Source of the DNA: Fibrobacteria bacterium | Lineage (GTDB): Bacteria; Fibrobacterota; Chitinivibrionia; Chitinivibrionales; FEN-1185 | Direction: 5' to 3' | Assembly (NCBI GenBank): GCA_037447435.1 | Contig: JBBIGR010000040.1 | Location: 1 to 49,552 of the forward strand | Length of the DNA: 49,552 nt | Shown: positions 47,208 to 49,552 of the stretch, one piece after another | Layout of the letters: every line of letters starts with the position of its first letter | Numbering within the stretch: position 1 is the stretch's first letter | Notes under the pieces: model-generated | The model's input: only the letters and a program-made list of their open reading frames with translations | The model's database searches: none | Told to the model about the DNA's origin: nothing | Position numbers and translations under genes: made by a program

Positions 47208-49498
47208 TCACTGAATATTTATTTTCCACACGCCATTACCGAATGCGCCTGCGTACAGGCTGCGCGTGCCCGACGCGTCCCGGCCTTCGCAGAGCGACGA
47301 GATTGCAGGATGGGCCAATCCCGTATTGAGCGTGCTCCAATTCTTTCCCTTGTCGCTTGTCGCAAACAGCCCGTTGCCGGTGCCTGCGTACACGATCGGG
47401 CCGGATGCGCCTGAAACAACGCAGAAGGCATAGACGGTGGCGTTTGCCGCAGGCTGGCCTATGCCGGTATTTGTCCAGGTATGCCCGGTGTCTGTTGACA
47501 TGTACAAACCACTGGTCCAGGTCCCGGCGACGGGCACACTGCCAGGGCAATATCTCCGTTTGTCCATGATGTGCCGGGGAGCGATTTCCAGGAATTACCG
47601 CTGTCACTTGATAGAAATACTCCGGCCGTGGTCCCTGCATACAACCGGACAATGCCTGTGCTGAACGAATCCACCGCCAGCGACATAACGTTAACACTTG
47701 TCAGGCCGGAATTAGTCCGGGTCCACGTCGCGGCATTGTCAAATGAACGGAACACGCCGCCCGACAGCGTACCGGCAAAAAGCATTGTTCCGCTTTTGGC
47801 AATGACCCTGACCATGGAGTCGGGCAATCCCAAACCAACCCGCGTCCAATTCGCGCCGTTGTCTGTGGAACGGAAAACCGTATTGGTGCTTGTCCCTGCA
47901 AAAATATCATAGCCGCCCGATGCGTTGGCAAATGCCGAAAGCGAGGTGACTACATCAACATTCATGCCGGTCCATGTTGCGCCGCTATTCTGCGACATGA
48001 AAGAATTCGTACCCAAGCTGGTAGCAAACACGGTACTGCCGCCTGCGGGATTGGGAGCTGCTGCAATGGCTTTCACACTCATTGCCCCAAGCCCGGTGTT
48101 GCGCTGCGTCCAGGTTGCGCCGAAATCGGTCGTCACAAAAACACCTTTGTCCCAAGTGCCTGCAAACACGGTTGCGCCAAGCGATGTCACCTCGAGCGCT
48201 GTGAAGGCTGGATAGGTGCCTGCGGCGGTGGGAAACCCTGCATTGACGGAAACGAAGGTGGCGCCGGTGTCCGTGGATCTGAATATTCCCTGTGGCGCCC
48301 TCGCGCCTGCATAGAGATAGCGGCTGCCCGTGTCCATTGCAGCGCAGGTGGAAAACATAGTGTTGGCAGAATCCCGCCACGACCATGTGACGCCGTTGTC
48401 TTTTGACCCGGCAATTGCGCCTCCGCCCCCGGCCAAAACCATTGATCCGAATCTACCGATCCAGTAAATAGGGCCGTAGAAATTCGCCAGCGCGAAGACA
48501 GTCGACCACGATGCTGCGCCGTCTGTGGACATGTTTACCGATTCATCGTTTACAAGGGCAAACAAATTCTTATTGTCGGGGCTTACAGCCAGGGAAAGGA
48601 CCGTAGTGTTGCTCAAACCCACGCTGGTCCAGATCCAGCTTGCTGCCGAATCCGGTGAGATGAAGACTCCCATACTTGTACCGGCCACAATTGTGTCGTT
48701 TTTTACGACCAATGCATTTACGCCGACATTCGAAGGCATGCCGCTGTTCGCCGATGTCCATGAAGCGCCATTGTCAACGGAACGGAATATACCGGCGTTG
48801 GACGTTCCTGCGTAGATCGTATTGCCCATCACGCAAAACGAATTAACGCCGAATCCGGAATCGACTGTCCCCGCAGGCACGGTGATGCCTGTATTCGAAG
48901 CGGTCCATGAGGCTCCGGTATTGCTGGAGCGGAACATGCCGCTTCCCGCGGTTCCTGCGAAAACAGTTCCCGTGGGACCAATGGCAAAGGCTTTGACCGT
49001 GCCGCCATACATTCCGCCGGTCGGCGTCCAAATGCCGAGAACCGGCGGCACATGGGTTGTATCTGTTTTCACCGTGTCGATAATGACCGGCTTTACACTT
49101 GAGTCTGCCGAAATCACCCGTATTTGATACGTTCCCGGCGGCAGATCTTGAATCACATAGGTATGCGTTATCGAATCAACCGGTTCTATCCTGTTAAGAC
49201 CAACCACCTGCACATACAGCTTGCCTGGCTTGATTTTCGTTGTATCGATGGTATCAATGATTGTCTGATACGCCATGAGCGTATCAACAGGAAGAACAAT
49301 ACTGTCTTTTTTAATGACAATGTCGCAAGTCAGCAAAGATGCCGACGTACTGTTGTCATTGATCTCGATGCGGTATTTCCCTATCGCAAGAGAATCCACA
49401 TAATACCATCCTGAATCATTGACCGTTGTATCATGTCTGGTCACCGAATCTGCCTCGGCGCCTACTGCCCGGACATACGACACCGGACGCACGCGTAC
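47208..49498 (-). pseudogene. Large Asp-box/BNR propeller protein with N-terminal Ig-like domains; frameshifted near 47530 and truncated at the 5' end
   Basis: FAGT..G.FRS.D.GA.W repeats continue from ORF 47459..49504 into a different frame (47208..47567). No signal peptide; the coding pattern stops abruptly at 49498. Confidence 0.78.
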
Positions 49499-49552
49499 GG
49501 TCAAGTCCTAAAAAATGTTTACAGTTTTTTGTTTTTAATTGTGTGTATTGTG
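49499..49552. mobile_element. IS256-family-like terminal inverted repeat and the start of an IS
   Basis: GGTCAAGTCCTAAAAAATGTTTACAG matches about 17 of 26 positions of the IS256 end as I recall it (GATAAAGTCCGTATAATTGTGTAAAA); abrupt switch to AT-rich sequence inside a gene. Confidence 0.6.

Noticed and set aside
47500..47560. Programmed ribosomal frameshift as the explanation for the split propeller gene
   Set aside because: No slippery heptamer or homopolymer at the junction, and loop residues are missing, so a deletion fits better

Overview
Gene-dense bacterial window with no rRNA, tRNA or CRISPR array that I can see. The host is probably Fibrobacterota (Chitinivibrionia/Chitinispirillaceae-like). 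That assignment is an inference from T9SS-type C-terminal tails on secreted proteins, Shine-Dalgarno usage, and sigma28 and sigma54 promoters. Left to right: a stand-alone receiver protein; a CzcCBA-type RND efflux operon followed by a Wzi-like outer-membrane protein; a five-gene operon (two paralogous unknown secreted proteins, a membrane-anchored TPR protein, and an OmpR-family regulator with its sensor kinase); a PL7 alginate lyase and secreted beta-propellers; a sigma28-driven small protein; a C39-like peptidase divergent from a Pls/PosA-type membrane NRPS-like poly-amino-acid synthetase, which has a lysine-like A-domain code and is followed by two envelope proteins; a sigma54 two-gene unit with a clear tandem enhancer; an eight-gene menaquinone (men) cluster lacking menH; several enzymes; prfC; an AAA_14/DUF4143 ATPase; and a frameshifted Asp-box propeller gene cut at the right edge by an IS256-like end. 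The best candidates for an undescribed system are the Pls-like locus (17.8-25.6 kb) and the paralog/TPR/two-component operon (8.4-13.6 kb). All calls come from reading motifs by eye; no database search was run.
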